DNA from: an uncultured delta proteobacterium
Lineage (GTDB): Bacteria > Myxococcota_A > Polyangia > Polyangiales > Polyangiaceae
Assembly: GCA_963841435.1 (NCBI GenBank)
Contig: CAWJCS010000003.1
Span: 704,001 to 768,000, forward strand
Direction: 5' to 3'
DNA length: 64,000 nucleotides
Positions 50,309-60,131 of this stretch are shown in pieces (position 1 is the stretch's first letter; the number at the start of each line of letters is the position of its first letter). A program made the translations under genes and the position numbers. A model generated the notes under the pieces. That model worked only from the letters and a program-made list of their open reading frames with translations. It was not told where the DNA came from and searched no databases.

Positions 50309-50845
50309 CTCGAATTCACGTTTCAGAGCGCTGGAGCCGCGCACTACCTGCGTGACCTCGGGGCGAAGACGCGGCGCGGATAGCGCAGCGCACCTCGCGA
50401 AGGCGGTGATCGCGCACAAGCTCAACGAGGGGGGCGTTCCCGCACCCTGCGGCGCCGGCGCGCCGGGCCTGGTTGGATGCAGTCGTGCATCCGCGAAATG
50501 CTCTCAATCCAAAGGTCGCCCCACGTGGGACGCCGTTCAGTCCCTGCTCGCCGAGCACGCGAAGCAGTACAAGGCGCGCGCCGTTCCGCACGGCACGACG
50601 GACTAACTGGTTACGGGCCTGCTCCGCTGCGGCTGTTGCCGCGCGCCGACGCCAATCATGGGCGGCAGCTCCGACCGTGCCCGCACCGCCCTCCGCAGCT
50701 ATTTCAAGAACGGCACCATCACGATGACGCCGGAGCCGCACGGCGCCGGCATGGCGTACGTCGCACGCGGCGAGTTCATGCCCCTCGCCTTGCTTCACCG
50801 ACACAAGCAGAAACGCCCTCCGAGGGAGGGCGCCGTCCATGTGTA
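50309..50845 (+). pseudogene. Large serine recombinase, internally deleted relic
   Basis: Colinear fragments HYLRDLGAKTRRG (helix E), IAHKLNEGGVPAP and GWMQSCIREML (recombinase domain), TWDAVQ, LVTGLLRCGCC (Zn ribbon), then a C-terminus running into the tRNA-end copy. Confidence 0.75.
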
Positions 50846-51114
50846 GTTGCGCGGGGAGGATTTGCTCCGGCGCACCGATGCTGCTCGTTGATTCGCTTCG
50901 CGCGACCCGAGCAACCTCGGTTCCACGTCAGGACTAAAATCCTCCCCACAAAACCAAGCCCCGCGAAAGCGGGGCTTAGTAGTTGCGCGGGGAGGATTTG
51001 CTCCGGCGCACCGATGCTGCTCGTTGCTTCGCTTCGCGCGACCCGAGCAACCTCGGTTCCACGTCAGGACTAAAATCCTCCCCACAAAACCAAGCCCCGC
51101 GAAAGCGGGGCTTG
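50843..51114 (-). repeat. Two tandem 136-bp tRNA-linked structured repeat units
   Basis: Units start at 50843 and 50979; each has a tRNA 3'-end copy, a long hairpin and a terminator. Confidence 0.93.
51086..51113 (-). terminator. Rho-independent terminator after tRNA
   Basis: - strand AAGCCCCGC-TTTC-GCGGGGCTT-GGTTTT. Confidence 0.75.
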
Positions 51115-51115
51115 G

Positions 51116-51192
<77 letters not shown>

Positions 51193-51204
51193 TCAGAGGC
51201 GGGT

Positions 51205-51232
51205 AAGATAGCCACGCGCGCCTTCTTGTCAA
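51205..51232 (-). promoter_or_regulatory. Sigma-70 promoter of tRNA-fMet
   Basis: TTGACA-N16-TATCTT followed by the GC-rich discriminator ACCCGCC. Confidence 0.75.
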
Positions 51233-51359
51233 GCGCGCGACGCGGGATTTCCTGAAGGATTTTCGGGGGGTTTGGGGTGTGGGGCGACATCAGCCCGCAG
51301 GCCGCCTCGCGCTCGGTCGTGGGTGGCGGCGGGTGACGCGTTCGCCAGCGGACGGTTCG

Positions 51360-53006
51360 TCAGCCCGTGCGTTCGACGCGTCGTTGCGCGACTTCACGGA
51401 GGAACTCGTTGACGCGCAGGAGGAGCTCCGTCGGCAAGAAGGGTTTGGCGAGGAAGCGTTCGTCTTCGCCGAGCGAGGGGAGGCGGTCGCGGTCGGCGTA
51501 GCCGGACATGTAGAGGACCTTCAGGTCGGGCTGGCGCGCGCGCAGGTGCTCGGCGAGCTCGGGGCCCGTAACGCGCGGCATGACGACGTCGCTCACGAGT
51601 AGGTCGAGAGGGGCGCCGTGGGCAAGGGCGAGCTCGAGCGCTTGCGCGCCGTCGCGCGCTTCGAGCACCCGGTAGGCGCCGATGCGCAGGATGTTGACGA
51701 GCAGCCGGCGCACCTCGTCCTCATCGTCGACCACCATCACCGTTTCGATGCCCGTGAGCGGCACGAGGGGCTCGGGCGGGGCGGACGGCACGTCGACCGC
51801 GTTTTCCCGGGCGCGCGGCAGGTACACGGTGAAAATCGTCCCGCGACCCTCCGTGCTCTGGAGCGCGATGGCGCCACCGCTCTGGCGCACGATGCCGTCG
51901 ACCGTGGCAAGGCCGAGGCCCGTCCCCTTCCCCATCTCCTTGGTCGTGAAGAATGGCTCGAACACGTGCGTGCGGATCGCCTCGGGGATCCCCGTGCCCG
52001 TGTCGGACACCGTGAGGACGACGTACTCGCCCGTGGGAAGCCCGACGTCGCCCCCCTGCCCGTCGAGCTCGATGTCGGAGGTTTCGACCGTGACTCGCCC
52101 GCCCTTCGGCATGGCGTCGCGCGCGTTGAGCACGAGATTGAGGAGCACCTGCTCGACCTGCCCGGAGTCCGCGCGCGCAGGGTTCTTCGCGCCGAGCACG
52201 GTCAAAAGCTCGATCTCCTCGCCGATCAGCCGCTCGAGCATGCGGCGCAGGCCGTCGACGATGCGGTTCATGTCGAGTGGGCGAAGATTCAGGACCTGCT
52301 GGCGCCCGTAGGCGAGCAGCTGCCGCGTGAGATCGGCCGCGCGGCGCGCGCTCGAAAGCACCACCTCGGCGTGCGATTCGAGCGCGGGGTTGTCGCCCGT
52401 GCCGCGCCGCAAGAGCTCGGCGTGGCCCATGATGACGAGCAGCCGGTTGTTGAAGTCGTGGGCCACACCGCCGACGAGCCGCCCGATGGTTTCGAGCTTC
52501 TGCGATTGTTGCAGGCGCGCCTCGAGCTCGCGGCGCTCTTCGAACGCCCGCTCGGTCTCCGTCACGTCGAGGGTGTGCACGACGACGTAGCGGATGCGGC
52601 CGCGCTCGTCGCGCACGGCCGTCGCCGTCATCTCCACGTGTCGCCACTCGCCGCTGCGCCGCTTGATCCGCTTCTTGAGCCGGTACTCGTTGACCCGACC
52701 GTCGACCAGGAGTTGCAGGGCGCGCCGCTCTTCGTCGAAATCGTCCGGGTGCGTCACTTCCCGCCAGAGCTCGTAGGGATCCTGCTCGAGCACCTCGTTC
52801 CGCTCCATGCCGAGCAACTCGGCCTGAGCACGATTCACGTCGAGGTAGCGACCCGTCTCGAACGAGATCATCATCAGGCAGACGGGCGAGGCGTCGAACG
52901 CCAGGCGATAGCGCTCCAGCTCCCCGTCCTCTGCACATGCGGCCAAACTGCGCCGAGCTGCCCGCGACTCAGGCTGGTACTCCGCCTCGGACCCCTCGAT
53001 GGTCAT
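51360..53006 (-). CDS. Hybrid histidine kinase (PAS-HisKA-HATPase-REC)
   Basis: THPDD PAS, VAHDFNNRL, QVLLNLVLNARDAM, GTGLGL, LVSDVVMP. Confidence 0.92.
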   Translation of the reverse strand: MTIEGSEAEYQPESRAARRSLAACAEDGELERYRLAFDASPVCLMMISFETGRYLDVNRAQAELLGMERNEVLEQDPYELWREVTHPDDFDEERRALQLLVDGRVNEYRLKKRIKRRSGEWRHVEMTATAVRDERGRIRYVVVHTLDVTETERAFEERRELEARLQQSQKLETIGRLVGGVAHDFNNRLLVIMGHAELLRRGTGDNPALESHAEVVLSSARRAADLTRQLLAYGRQQVLNLRPLDMNRIVDGLRRMLERLIGEEIELLTVLGAKNPARADSGQVEQVLLNLVLNARDAMPKGGRVTVETSDIELDGQGGDVGLPTGEYVVLTVSDTGTGIPEAIRTHVFEPFFTTKEMGKGTGLGLATVDGIVRQSGGAIALQSTEGRGTIFTVYLPRARENAVDVPSAPPEPLVPLTGIETVMVVDDEDEVRRLLVNILRIGAYRVLEARDGAQALELALAHGAPLDLLVSDVVMPRVTGPELAEHLRARQPDLKVLYMSGYADRDRLPSLGEDERFLAKPFLPTELLLRVNEFLREVAQRRVERTG

Positions 53007-53063
53007 ACGGCCAATTTACCACCACGTTCCGGGCGAAACGACAAGACCCGACTTTCACCACCA

Positions 53064-53795
53064 CTACAAGCACGGATTCAGCGGGTCATTCGGGTCACCA
53101 CGACACGGGCGTGCAGGTTTCGGTGCCGGGCGCGCAGGCCTCGGCGCGCGGTGAGCGGGCGAAACCGTCGGTTTCGGTGGAGGCGTGGCGGCGGGCGGGT
53201 GCTCCGCGGCCTCGCGCACGAGGCGCTCGAGCGCGCGCACGCGCTCTTCCGAGAGGTCGAGCAGCGCGCGAACTTCTTTCGTCCGTGTTTCCGCGACGAG
53301 CAGCCGGCGCGTGTACGTTGCCTCGAGCGCGGCGAGGCGCGGCTCGTGAACGAAGAGCTCGAGCGCGACGGCGCCGCTCGTGGCGAGCACCGCCGCCAGA
53401 GCCGTTGCCCCGAGAGCACGCCGCGACGACCGCGCGCGCACCGAAGCCTGCTCGGCGGCGAGACGGAGCTCGTGCTGCGACTCGCGCACGCGGCGTTCGA
53501 CCTCCTGCTCCGCGCGTGCCGCCGCGAGGACCCGCTCGCGCTCGGCCTGTCGGATACCTTCGAGCCGCGCCTGCTCGGCGCGCTCCCGCTCCTCTTCCGC
53601 CTGGAGGCGGGCTCGCTCCCGTTCCGCCTCGCGACGCTGCCGCTCGGCAAGCGCCCGCGCCGCCTCGTCGCGAGCACGCTCGGCGGCCCTGGCCCGTGCG
53701 GCGGCGGCCTCGGCTTGCTCGACCACGCGCTCGCTCTCGAGCGTCATCAGCGAGTCGAGCGAAAAAAGCAGAGAGGAGTCGCGCGCGTTGGCCAT
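53064..53795 (-). CDS. Coiled-coil membrane protein, unknown function
   Basis: SLLFSLDSLMTLE, long E/R/A coil, one TM, C-terminal CRGDPNDPLNPCL. Confidence 0.7.
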   Translation of the reverse strand: MANARDSSLLFSLDSLMTLESERVVEQAEAAAARARAAERARDEAARALAERQRREAERERARLQAEEERERAEQARLEGIRQAERERVLAAARAEQEVERRVRESQHELRLAAEQASVRARSSRRALGATALAAVLATSGAVALELFVHEPRLAALEATYTRRLLVAETRTKEVRALLDLSEERVRALERLVREAAEHPPAATPPPKPTVSPAHRAPRPARPAPKPARPCRGDPNDPLNPCL

Positions 53796-53974
53796 CAAAC
53801 TCCATGTTGAAACCCAGCTTGCGTCGATCGCTTGGGTGTTCTCGTACGGGGAGACGAGCGCGGGGTGGGTCCATCGTGACCCAGGGCTTTCGAGCCGCTC
53901 GGGGCGCGAGAAATCGGAAAATGGGTATTTCCATTCGCTCGAAGTTTTGGCATTCATGAAGCACGCGGCGCGTC

Positions 53975-54457
53975 ATGGCTTTGAGCTCGGCTACTCGACA
54001 CGACGGAGGCGGGGCAACGGTTGAGAGCGAGCCCGTGGACCGCAAGCCGCGACGCGGGCGGTCGCGAACCATCCGCCTTTTCCGCGTGACGCGGCGCGAG
54101 GCGCTGCTTGCCGGCGAGCGCGCCCAGGAGCTCGAGGCCGAAATCGAGCGGCCACACCGGCGCGAGGAGTGCGAGAACGCGCCGCGGCCCTGCCCCCACG
54201 TCTCGTGCCGCCACCACCTCTACCTCGACGTGAACCCCCAGACGGGGACCATCAAGCTGAATTTCCCCGATCTCGAGGTGTGGGAGCTCGGCGTTTCGTG
54301 TGCCCTCGACGTGGCCGACGCGGGCGGCGCCGCGATTGACCGCGTCGGGGAGCTCTTGAACGTGACGCGCGAACGCGTCCGCCAGATCGAGACGCACGCG
54401 CTCGACAAGCTCGGGACGCTGAAGGACACGCGCAGCCTGCGCGACCTCGACGACTGA
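53975..54457 (+). CDS. Sigma-70 region 4 HTH protein with Cys/His cluster
   Basis: [22 protein letters not shown]...[23 protein letters not shown]. Confidence 0.8.
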   Translation: MALSSATRHDGGGATVESEPVDRKPRRGRSRTIRLFRVTRREALLAGERAQELEAEIERPHRREECENAPRPCPHVSCRHHLYLDVNPQTGTIKLNFPDLEVWELGVSCALDVADAGGAAIDRVGELLNVTRERVRQIETHALDKLGTLKDTRSLRDLDD

Positions 54458-54505
54458 GCCCGCGTGGCGCGCGAGCGACGGCGAAAAGCCACCCTCGACG
54501 ACGCG

Positions 54506-55195
54506 TCAGGCGAAGACGAGCTGCCGCACCCACGAGAGCGCGGGCTCCGCAAGCATCGGAAAGAGCTTCCAGGCGACGAGCAGCCCGAGCAGCTCGGCCA
54601 TGGGTAGCTCGCGCATGCGGGCGTAGAGGCCGCCGCCGGCGCGAGGCAGCGCTCCCTGGACGACCGCGGCGCCGTCGAGCGGCGGGAGCGGGATCAGGTT
54701 GAAGAGGAAGAGCGTGACGTTCAGGCCGAGCATCACGGACAGGGCGCGAGCGAGGGCGCCGAGGGCGCTATGCCCGGTGTCGCCGGGCACGGCGACGAGA
54801 TCGAAGAAGCCGCTCGCGAAGTTGGGGGCCAAAACGCCGCTGTGGAGCATCACGCGCATGGCCACGAGCGCCACGAGCGCGAGAAAAAGGTTTGCCATGG
54901 GGCCGGCGAGCGCCATGAGCGCGGCGCGCGTGGGATGGCGCCGTGCCCACTCCGGGTTCAAAGGAACGCTCGCCCAGCCAATCATCCAGCCGTAAAGGAG
55001 GAAGGAGAGGATGGGGATCACCACCATGCCGGCAGGAGAGCGCCGGATGTGCGGCAACGGGTCCAGCGAAGCGTGTCCGCCGGCGTAGGCGGTCGGGTCG
55101 CCCCCGCGGTGCGCGACCCAGGCGTGGGCCGCCTCGTGGCAGGTGGTGCTAAAGACGAACACCAGATACCAGACGAGAAGCTCGGCAATGTGCAT
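54506..55195 (-). CDS. Site-2 protease (peptidase M50)
   Basis: [22 protein letters not shown]. Confidence 0.92.
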   Translation of the reverse strand: MHIAELLVWYLVFVFSTTCHEAAHAWVAHRGGDPTAYAGGHASLDPLPHIRRSPAGMVVIPILSFLLYGWMIGWASVPLNPEWARRHPTRAALMALAGPMANLFLALVALVAMRVMLHSGVLAPNFASGFFDLVAVPGDTGHSALGALARALSVMLGLNVTLFLFNLIPLPPLDGAAVVQGALPRAGGGLYARMRELPMAELLGLLVAWKLFPMLAEPALSWVRQLVFA

Positions 55196-55260
55196 GGGGT
55201 CTGGTCGGCGTTGCGTGAAGTCGCTCGACGAGCGCGCTCTCTCTCGCCTAGCATCGATCC

Positions 55261-55707
55261 GTGTCTTTGAACCGCCTCCGGGTCCTTCTGTTCCTCGCGC
55301 TCGCTTGCTGTGCGCTCGCCGTCGGCTGCGGCGGTCCGGGCACGAGGCTCGTCACGGTCCGCGCCGGCGGCGACGGGGGGCGCATCGACTTTTCGGTGAA
55401 AAACCTCAGCGACGTGCCGATCAACACCTTCTATCTGGCGAGGACGGAGGCGGTCGACAAGGCGGGCGGCCCGGCCCTCGATCCAAACTCGCCCGAGGGA
55501 GCGGGGGTCTGGGGACCGGATCTCAGCGGGCAGGCCATCGGCATCGGGCACACGGAGCCGATCGGGGTCGCGGGGCCAGGGCGCTGGGACGCCCGGGCGG
55601 TCGATCGGCGGGGCCGGGAGCAGCTCATCACGGGCCTGAAGCTCAACGCCGGCGGCAAATACATCCTCGAGCTCTACGAGGGTGGCTGGCGAACGTACGG
55701 GTACTAG
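55261..55707 (+). CDS. Lipoprotein, unknown function
   Basis: Lipobox AVGC; compact beta domain. Confidence 0.7.
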   Translation: MSLNRLRVLLFLALACCALAVGCGGPGTRLVTVRAGGDGGRIDFSVKNLSDVPINTFYLARTEAVDKAGGPALDPNSPEGAGVWGPDLSGQAIGIGHTEPIGVAGPGRWDARAVDRRGREQLITGLKLNAGGKYILELYEGGWRTYGY

Positions 55708-55942
55708 CCCCCTCGAGACGCCAACCGGTGGCCAAGCCAGAGCCAGATTCCGGCCACCAGGCCCGCCCGTGATCAGCGCGCCAATTAGGCCGGCCAGTGG
55801 GTCAGCATTTGGCGCCAGTCAGGGCCGGGTTTGGCCAGGATCGACCCTCTCGAGGGCCGTTGACCCGATGCGCCGATCAAAGTGCATATCCTGGATAGCT
55901 GGCGGTTTCTCGAAAATTTTTGGAATCTATTTCCGGTAACCT

Positions 55943-55989
55943 GCAACTTGCTCGCAAGTTGCTCGTCAGTTGCGTCAAAATGGTAGGAT
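55943..55989 (+). promoter_or_regulatory. Operator-like palindrome and extended -10 promoter
   Basis: GCAACTTGC-TC-GCAAGTTGC (55943-55962); TGgTAGGAT (55981-55989), 6 nt before the GTG start. Confidence 0.55.
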
Positions 55990-55995
55990 CTTGGG

Positions 55996-58591
55996 GTGGG
56001 CTGGCTCCGCGACCTGATCGCTGCCTCTCATTCGACCATCCGAGGCTTCGATGACCTGGCGCGGATCTGTCTTAATTCGGCCGACTGGCCGCAAGAAGCG
56101 ACCGTTGCACCCCGTTCGCTCGGGGCCATCCTCGGCCGGCTGGATCGGGAGGAGGGGCTCGACTGGCTCCGGGCGCGCCCCTTCGTGCAGTCCGCCCTCG
56201 CCCACGCGCTCGGCGTCGACGCCGCGGTGATCCAGGGCGCGCTCGAGCCGTCACTCCGCGCTTCGCTCGGGCGGCTCGTTGCGCTCGATGCGTTGCCGTT
56301 CGGGCGACCGCTCGACATCGTCGAGGAGGATTCTGTTCCCCGGCATTCCACCCGAGGTGCTGAGGCCGCGCAGCTGGGGGCATCTTTTGTGGGTCGCACC
56401 GAGCGGCGCCGGCCGCACCCTCGTCGCGCGGTTGCTCCAGGCGCGTGCGCTCGCCGCGTGTGGCCGCAAGGCCTCGGCGCCGCCCAGCGCGCGGCCGGCG
56501 TTTCTCGAGCTCGACGCGATCGCGCCGGTCAACCTGACGACGCTCGCCACCGGCGTGTGCATCGCCGTGCCGGAGGGCTTCTCCGGCAACGTGCCCCCCG
56601 GCACCATCGTGGTTCGCTCGACGCCGGTCGCTTCCGTGCTCGAGCCGCTCGTCGCGTGGGCAAGGGCGCGCCTGTCGGCGAGCTCGACCTGGGACGAGGC
56701 GCGCATGGCGCGCGCGCTCGAGGCGCTCGCGGAACGCGGGCTCGTGCAGAGCGCGGGCGACGCGCTCGGTTTCATCGGGCTGGGGGACGAGCTCGGCGTC
56801 GAAAACCTGGAGCAGCGCGCCCTCGCCCGGCTCGCGCGCGAATGGCTCGCGCGGCGCGCGAATCAGCGGCTCGAGCGCGGTTCCCCGGCAACGGCCTTCC
56901 TCAAGCGCTCGGGCTTCGACGCGCTCGTGGCGCTCGCCCGGCGGATCGCGACGGACTCCCCCGAGCCGCTCGCGTGCCCGCGGTCGCTCGAGGAGTGGGC
57001 AGCGCTCTTGCCGCCGGAGCTCAGGCAGGACGCCGATCTCGAGTGGCTGAAGGCCGCGCTCGCGCGCGCCGAGGCGGGTCTCACGCCGGCCGCCGTCGAA
57101 CGTGCCACCCGTGCCCTGCCGCCCGGTGCATTCCGGATCTTGCGCGCGTTCGAGGCCATCGGCGTGCTCGAACGCGAGGGCGACGATCGTCTCGCGCTCA
57201 GGCCGCACTGGCTGCTCAGGGTCGTCGAGGAGGAAGCGCTCGACGCGATCGTTTCGGGGCCGGCGTTCGACTGGGGCGACGCGCTGCTCCGCCCCGTGCT
57301 CGCGCCGCGCACCGCCGAACGGCTCTTCGCGCGCGCCGTCGAGGGCGCGTTGTCCATGGACGAGCTCGCCGAGCCCGAACGCTCGAAGGATCCGGCAACG
57401 GCCGCCGCCATCGAAGGCGGGCTGCGCGCGCTCGGCGTCGCCGCGCTCGTGAGCGGCTCGGGCATCGAGCCGCCCGAGGCCGTCTGGGACGAGCAGATGG
57501 CACTGCTCGTCGAGCTCGACGGCGATGCGCCGCCCAGGCCACGCTGGGATCACGTGCCGCGCGAGGGGCGCGGCGCCTGGCTGCTCACGCGCGGCGCCTT
57601 CTACCTCGCGCTCCTTTCGCTCGGTGAGCTGCTCGGCGCGCACGAGGGTCTGCCGCACCCCATCTTGCGCCCCTGGCACGCGACAACCGCGCCCCGCGGG
57701 CTCGCTCGGGTGCTCGACGCGATCCGAACGACGCTCGAGCGCGCCGACACGCCGCGCGCCGTGATCGGGCCGGCCGTCGCGCTCGTTGCGCGCCTGCGCA
57801 GCGTGCTCGGGCCGCTCGGCGCGGACGGCGAGCCGCACGCCCTCGAGCGGGCGCCGATCGTCGCCGACGAGACGACGCTCGGCGTGCTCGACTTCGCGAG
57901 CGTTGCCGCGCTGTCGGGTGACCGCGTGGGGCTCGCGGCGCTCGTCCATCTGTTGCAGAGCCGGCGCATCGACGACGACACGTTCGCGGCCGCCGTCTTC
58001 CAGGCGTTCGAGCGCGCGGGCGCGCCGCTCGAAGAGGCAGCCGTGCTCTTCGAGCCCGAGCTCGCGCCCATCGTGCTGCCCCGCGCGCCCGTGCTCGTGC
58101 TTTCGCGCCTGCTGCCGGGCCTCGTCACGGCGAGCGAGCCGCCGCCGCTCACGGACGAGCAATGGGTGGAGCTGTTCGATGGCCGCACGCCGCTCGAGAG
58201 CGACCTTTATCGCTTCGTGCCCGCAGGCGCGGTGGACGCCGCCGTCGACGCGGCGTGCGAAAAGGGCGACCGCGCGGCGCTCGAGCACCTGTGGGCGCGC
58301 TTCCCCGCCGCGCTGGCCGACGTGGCGCGCGCGGCGCTGTCGGCGCCGGGCGACGGCGGCACGTTCGGCGGGCTCGACGCCCTGCTCGAGAGCGCGCCGC
58401 CGCGCGCCGCCGAACGCCTGTTCGAGGGCGTCGGCAACGTGGACCAGCTTCTGCGCGCGCCGGCCGAGAGCCTGATGGCGCTCCGGCGCCACCTCTACCG
58501 GCGACTCGCCGCGCGAGGGCCGGGATTTCGTGAGTCGTATGCGCTCTTCGACGAGATCGAGCGGCGCTGTGCCAAGGTTTCGGGCATCTGA
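55996..58591 (+). CDS. Large hypothetical protein: HTH-like N-terminus, degenerate P-loop, helical C-terminus; frameshift near 56331
   Basis: SALAHALGVD (XRE-like); LWVAPSGAGRTLVARLL; removing one T joins the two ORFs into about 864 aa. Confidence 0.65.
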
Positions 58592-58593
58592 CC

Positions 58594-59616
58594 ATGCGCG
58601 CGCTCGTGCTTCGCGGCGGTTTGGGGCTCGAGCACCTCGCCGTCGAGGAGCGCGCCGAGCCCGAGCCGGGGCCGGGCGAGGTGCGCGTGCGCGTCCACGC
58701 CGCGTCGCTCAACTACCGCGACCTCTTGATGGTGCGCGGCGAGTACGACCCGCGCTTGCCCCTGCCGATGATCCCGGGGTCCGATGCCGCGGGCGTCGTG
58801 GCGGCGCTCGGTGACGGCGTGACGCGCGTCGCGCTCGGCGACCGCGTGTGCCCCATCTTCGCGCGCGGCTGGCACACGGGCGCGCCCACGCGTTCGACGC
58901 CGCTCCTCGGCCTCGGCGGCCGCATCGACGGCACCTTCGCCGAGTCGATCGTCGCGAAGGCGGACGACCTCGTGCGGCTCCCTCGGCACCTCGACTTCGT
59001 CGAGGCGGCGACGCTCGGCTGCGCGGGCGTCACGGCCCACCACGCGCTCTTCGAGCAGGCGGCGATCGGCGCCGGTAGCACCGTGCTCGTGATCGGAACG
59101 GGCGGCGTGTCGCTCTACGCGCTCTTACTCGCGCATGCAGCGGGGGCGCGCGTGGTCGTCGTGAGCCGTTCGGCGGAAAAGCTCGCGCGCGCCCACGCGC
59201 TCGGTGCGAGCGACGGCGTCAACGCGAGCGAGACCCCGGCCTGGGGGCGCGCGGTGCGCCGGCTCACCAAGGACGCAGGCGTCGACCTGGTCGTCGAGGT
59301 CGGCGGTGCGGGCACGCTCGCGCAGTCGATTGACGCCGTACGCCCTGGCGGCACGATTGCGCTCATCGGGACGGTCGCGCCTTTCGGCCAGGCGCCGAGC
59401 CTCGTCCCCGTGACGATGCGCGAGATCCGCGTGCAGGGCATTCTCGTGGGGCCGCGCTCGAGCTTCGAGGCCCTCGTCGCGCGCTCGGAGGCCGCGCAGC
59501 TTCGCCCCGTGATCGACGGCGTGCACGCGCTCGGAGATTTCGTGCGAGCGTTCGAGCGGCTCGCGAGCGGCGAGCACTTCGGAAAGATCGTGCTCTCGCT
59601 CGCCAGCGAAGCGTAG
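58594..59616 (+). CDS. NAD(P)-dependent MDR oxidoreductase (quinone reductase/alcohol dehydrogenase-like)
   Basis: AASLNYRDL, PGSDAAG, GTGGVS, VVEVGGAGTL, HFGKIVL. Confidence 0.92.
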   Translation: MRALVLRGGLGLEHLAVEERAEPEPGPGEVRVRVHAASLNYRDLLMVRGEYDPRLPLPMIPGSDAAGVVAALGDGVTRVALGDRVCPIFARGWHTGAPTRSTPLLGLGGRIDGTFAESIVAKADDLVRLPRHLDFVEAATLGCAGVTAHHALFEQAAIGAGSTVLVIGTGGVSLYALLLAHAAGARVVVVSRSAEKLARAHALGASDGVNASETPAWGRAVRRLTKDAGVDLVVEVGGAGTLAQSIDAVRPGGTIALIGTVAPFGQAPSLVPVTMREIRVQGILVGPRSSFEALVARSEAAQLRPVIDGVHALGDFVRAFERLASGEHFGKIVLSLASEA

Positions 59617-59650
59617 GCGGCGACGCCGCGACCCGGCGCAGCGCGACCGT

Positions 59651-59782
59651 GGAACGACGTGCCCGGCGCTAACGGAACGACGTACGGCGCCAACCGAACG
59701 ACGCGCATCGCTAGCGGAACGACGTGCCCGGCGTGTCGTGATCAATGGCGCGCGTCACGCAGGCGGAACGGTGCGCCCGGCG
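59651..59782. repeat. Degenerate 21-23-bp intergenic repeats (core GAACGACG)
   Basis: Core at 59652, 59675, 59696, 59717 and a variant at 59766; exact 18-mer at 59651 and 59716. Confidence 0.7.
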
Positions 59783-60131
59783 CGCACTCGTCGCCGCGCA
59801 GAGGTCGCCGACAAAAAATTTGCAATTCGTGAGACGCTGATTGACCTCGCGTGCGCTCACAAAAAAAACGTGGCCTCCGCAGCGGGTGCACTGAAGTTCT
59901 CATATCGGGCAGCGATGACGCATTTCGCAGTGTCGCAAGGACAACGCGTGCGTCGAGCGCGGCAAAATGCGCCCCAACGAGAAAGTGGGCCCGCGAACCG
60001 GGGTGAAAACGGCATGGAATTGAGGCCCGACGGGTACTTGAGGTCCGGTAGGGGATAGGTCAGAAACTCTATCGGCTGTCCGAACCGACACACCAAGAAG
60101 CACGGCTTCCACCCAGGATCAGAATCAGAAA

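Noticed and set aside
14400-51000. Integron cassette array explaining the gene mosaic
   Set aside because: No intI, no recurring attC-like sites seen, and gene orientations are mixed.
50843-51114. 136-bp repeats as a CRISPR array
   Set aside because: Units are near-identical along their whole length, with no unique spacers and no cas genes.
59651-59782. Short repeats as a mini-CRISPR
   Set aside because: Period of only 21-23 bp, degenerate, and the intervening sequences are related to each other.
60009-60025. Sigma-54 promoter (GGCATGGAATTGA)
   Set aside because: No GC at the required GG-N10-GC spacing.
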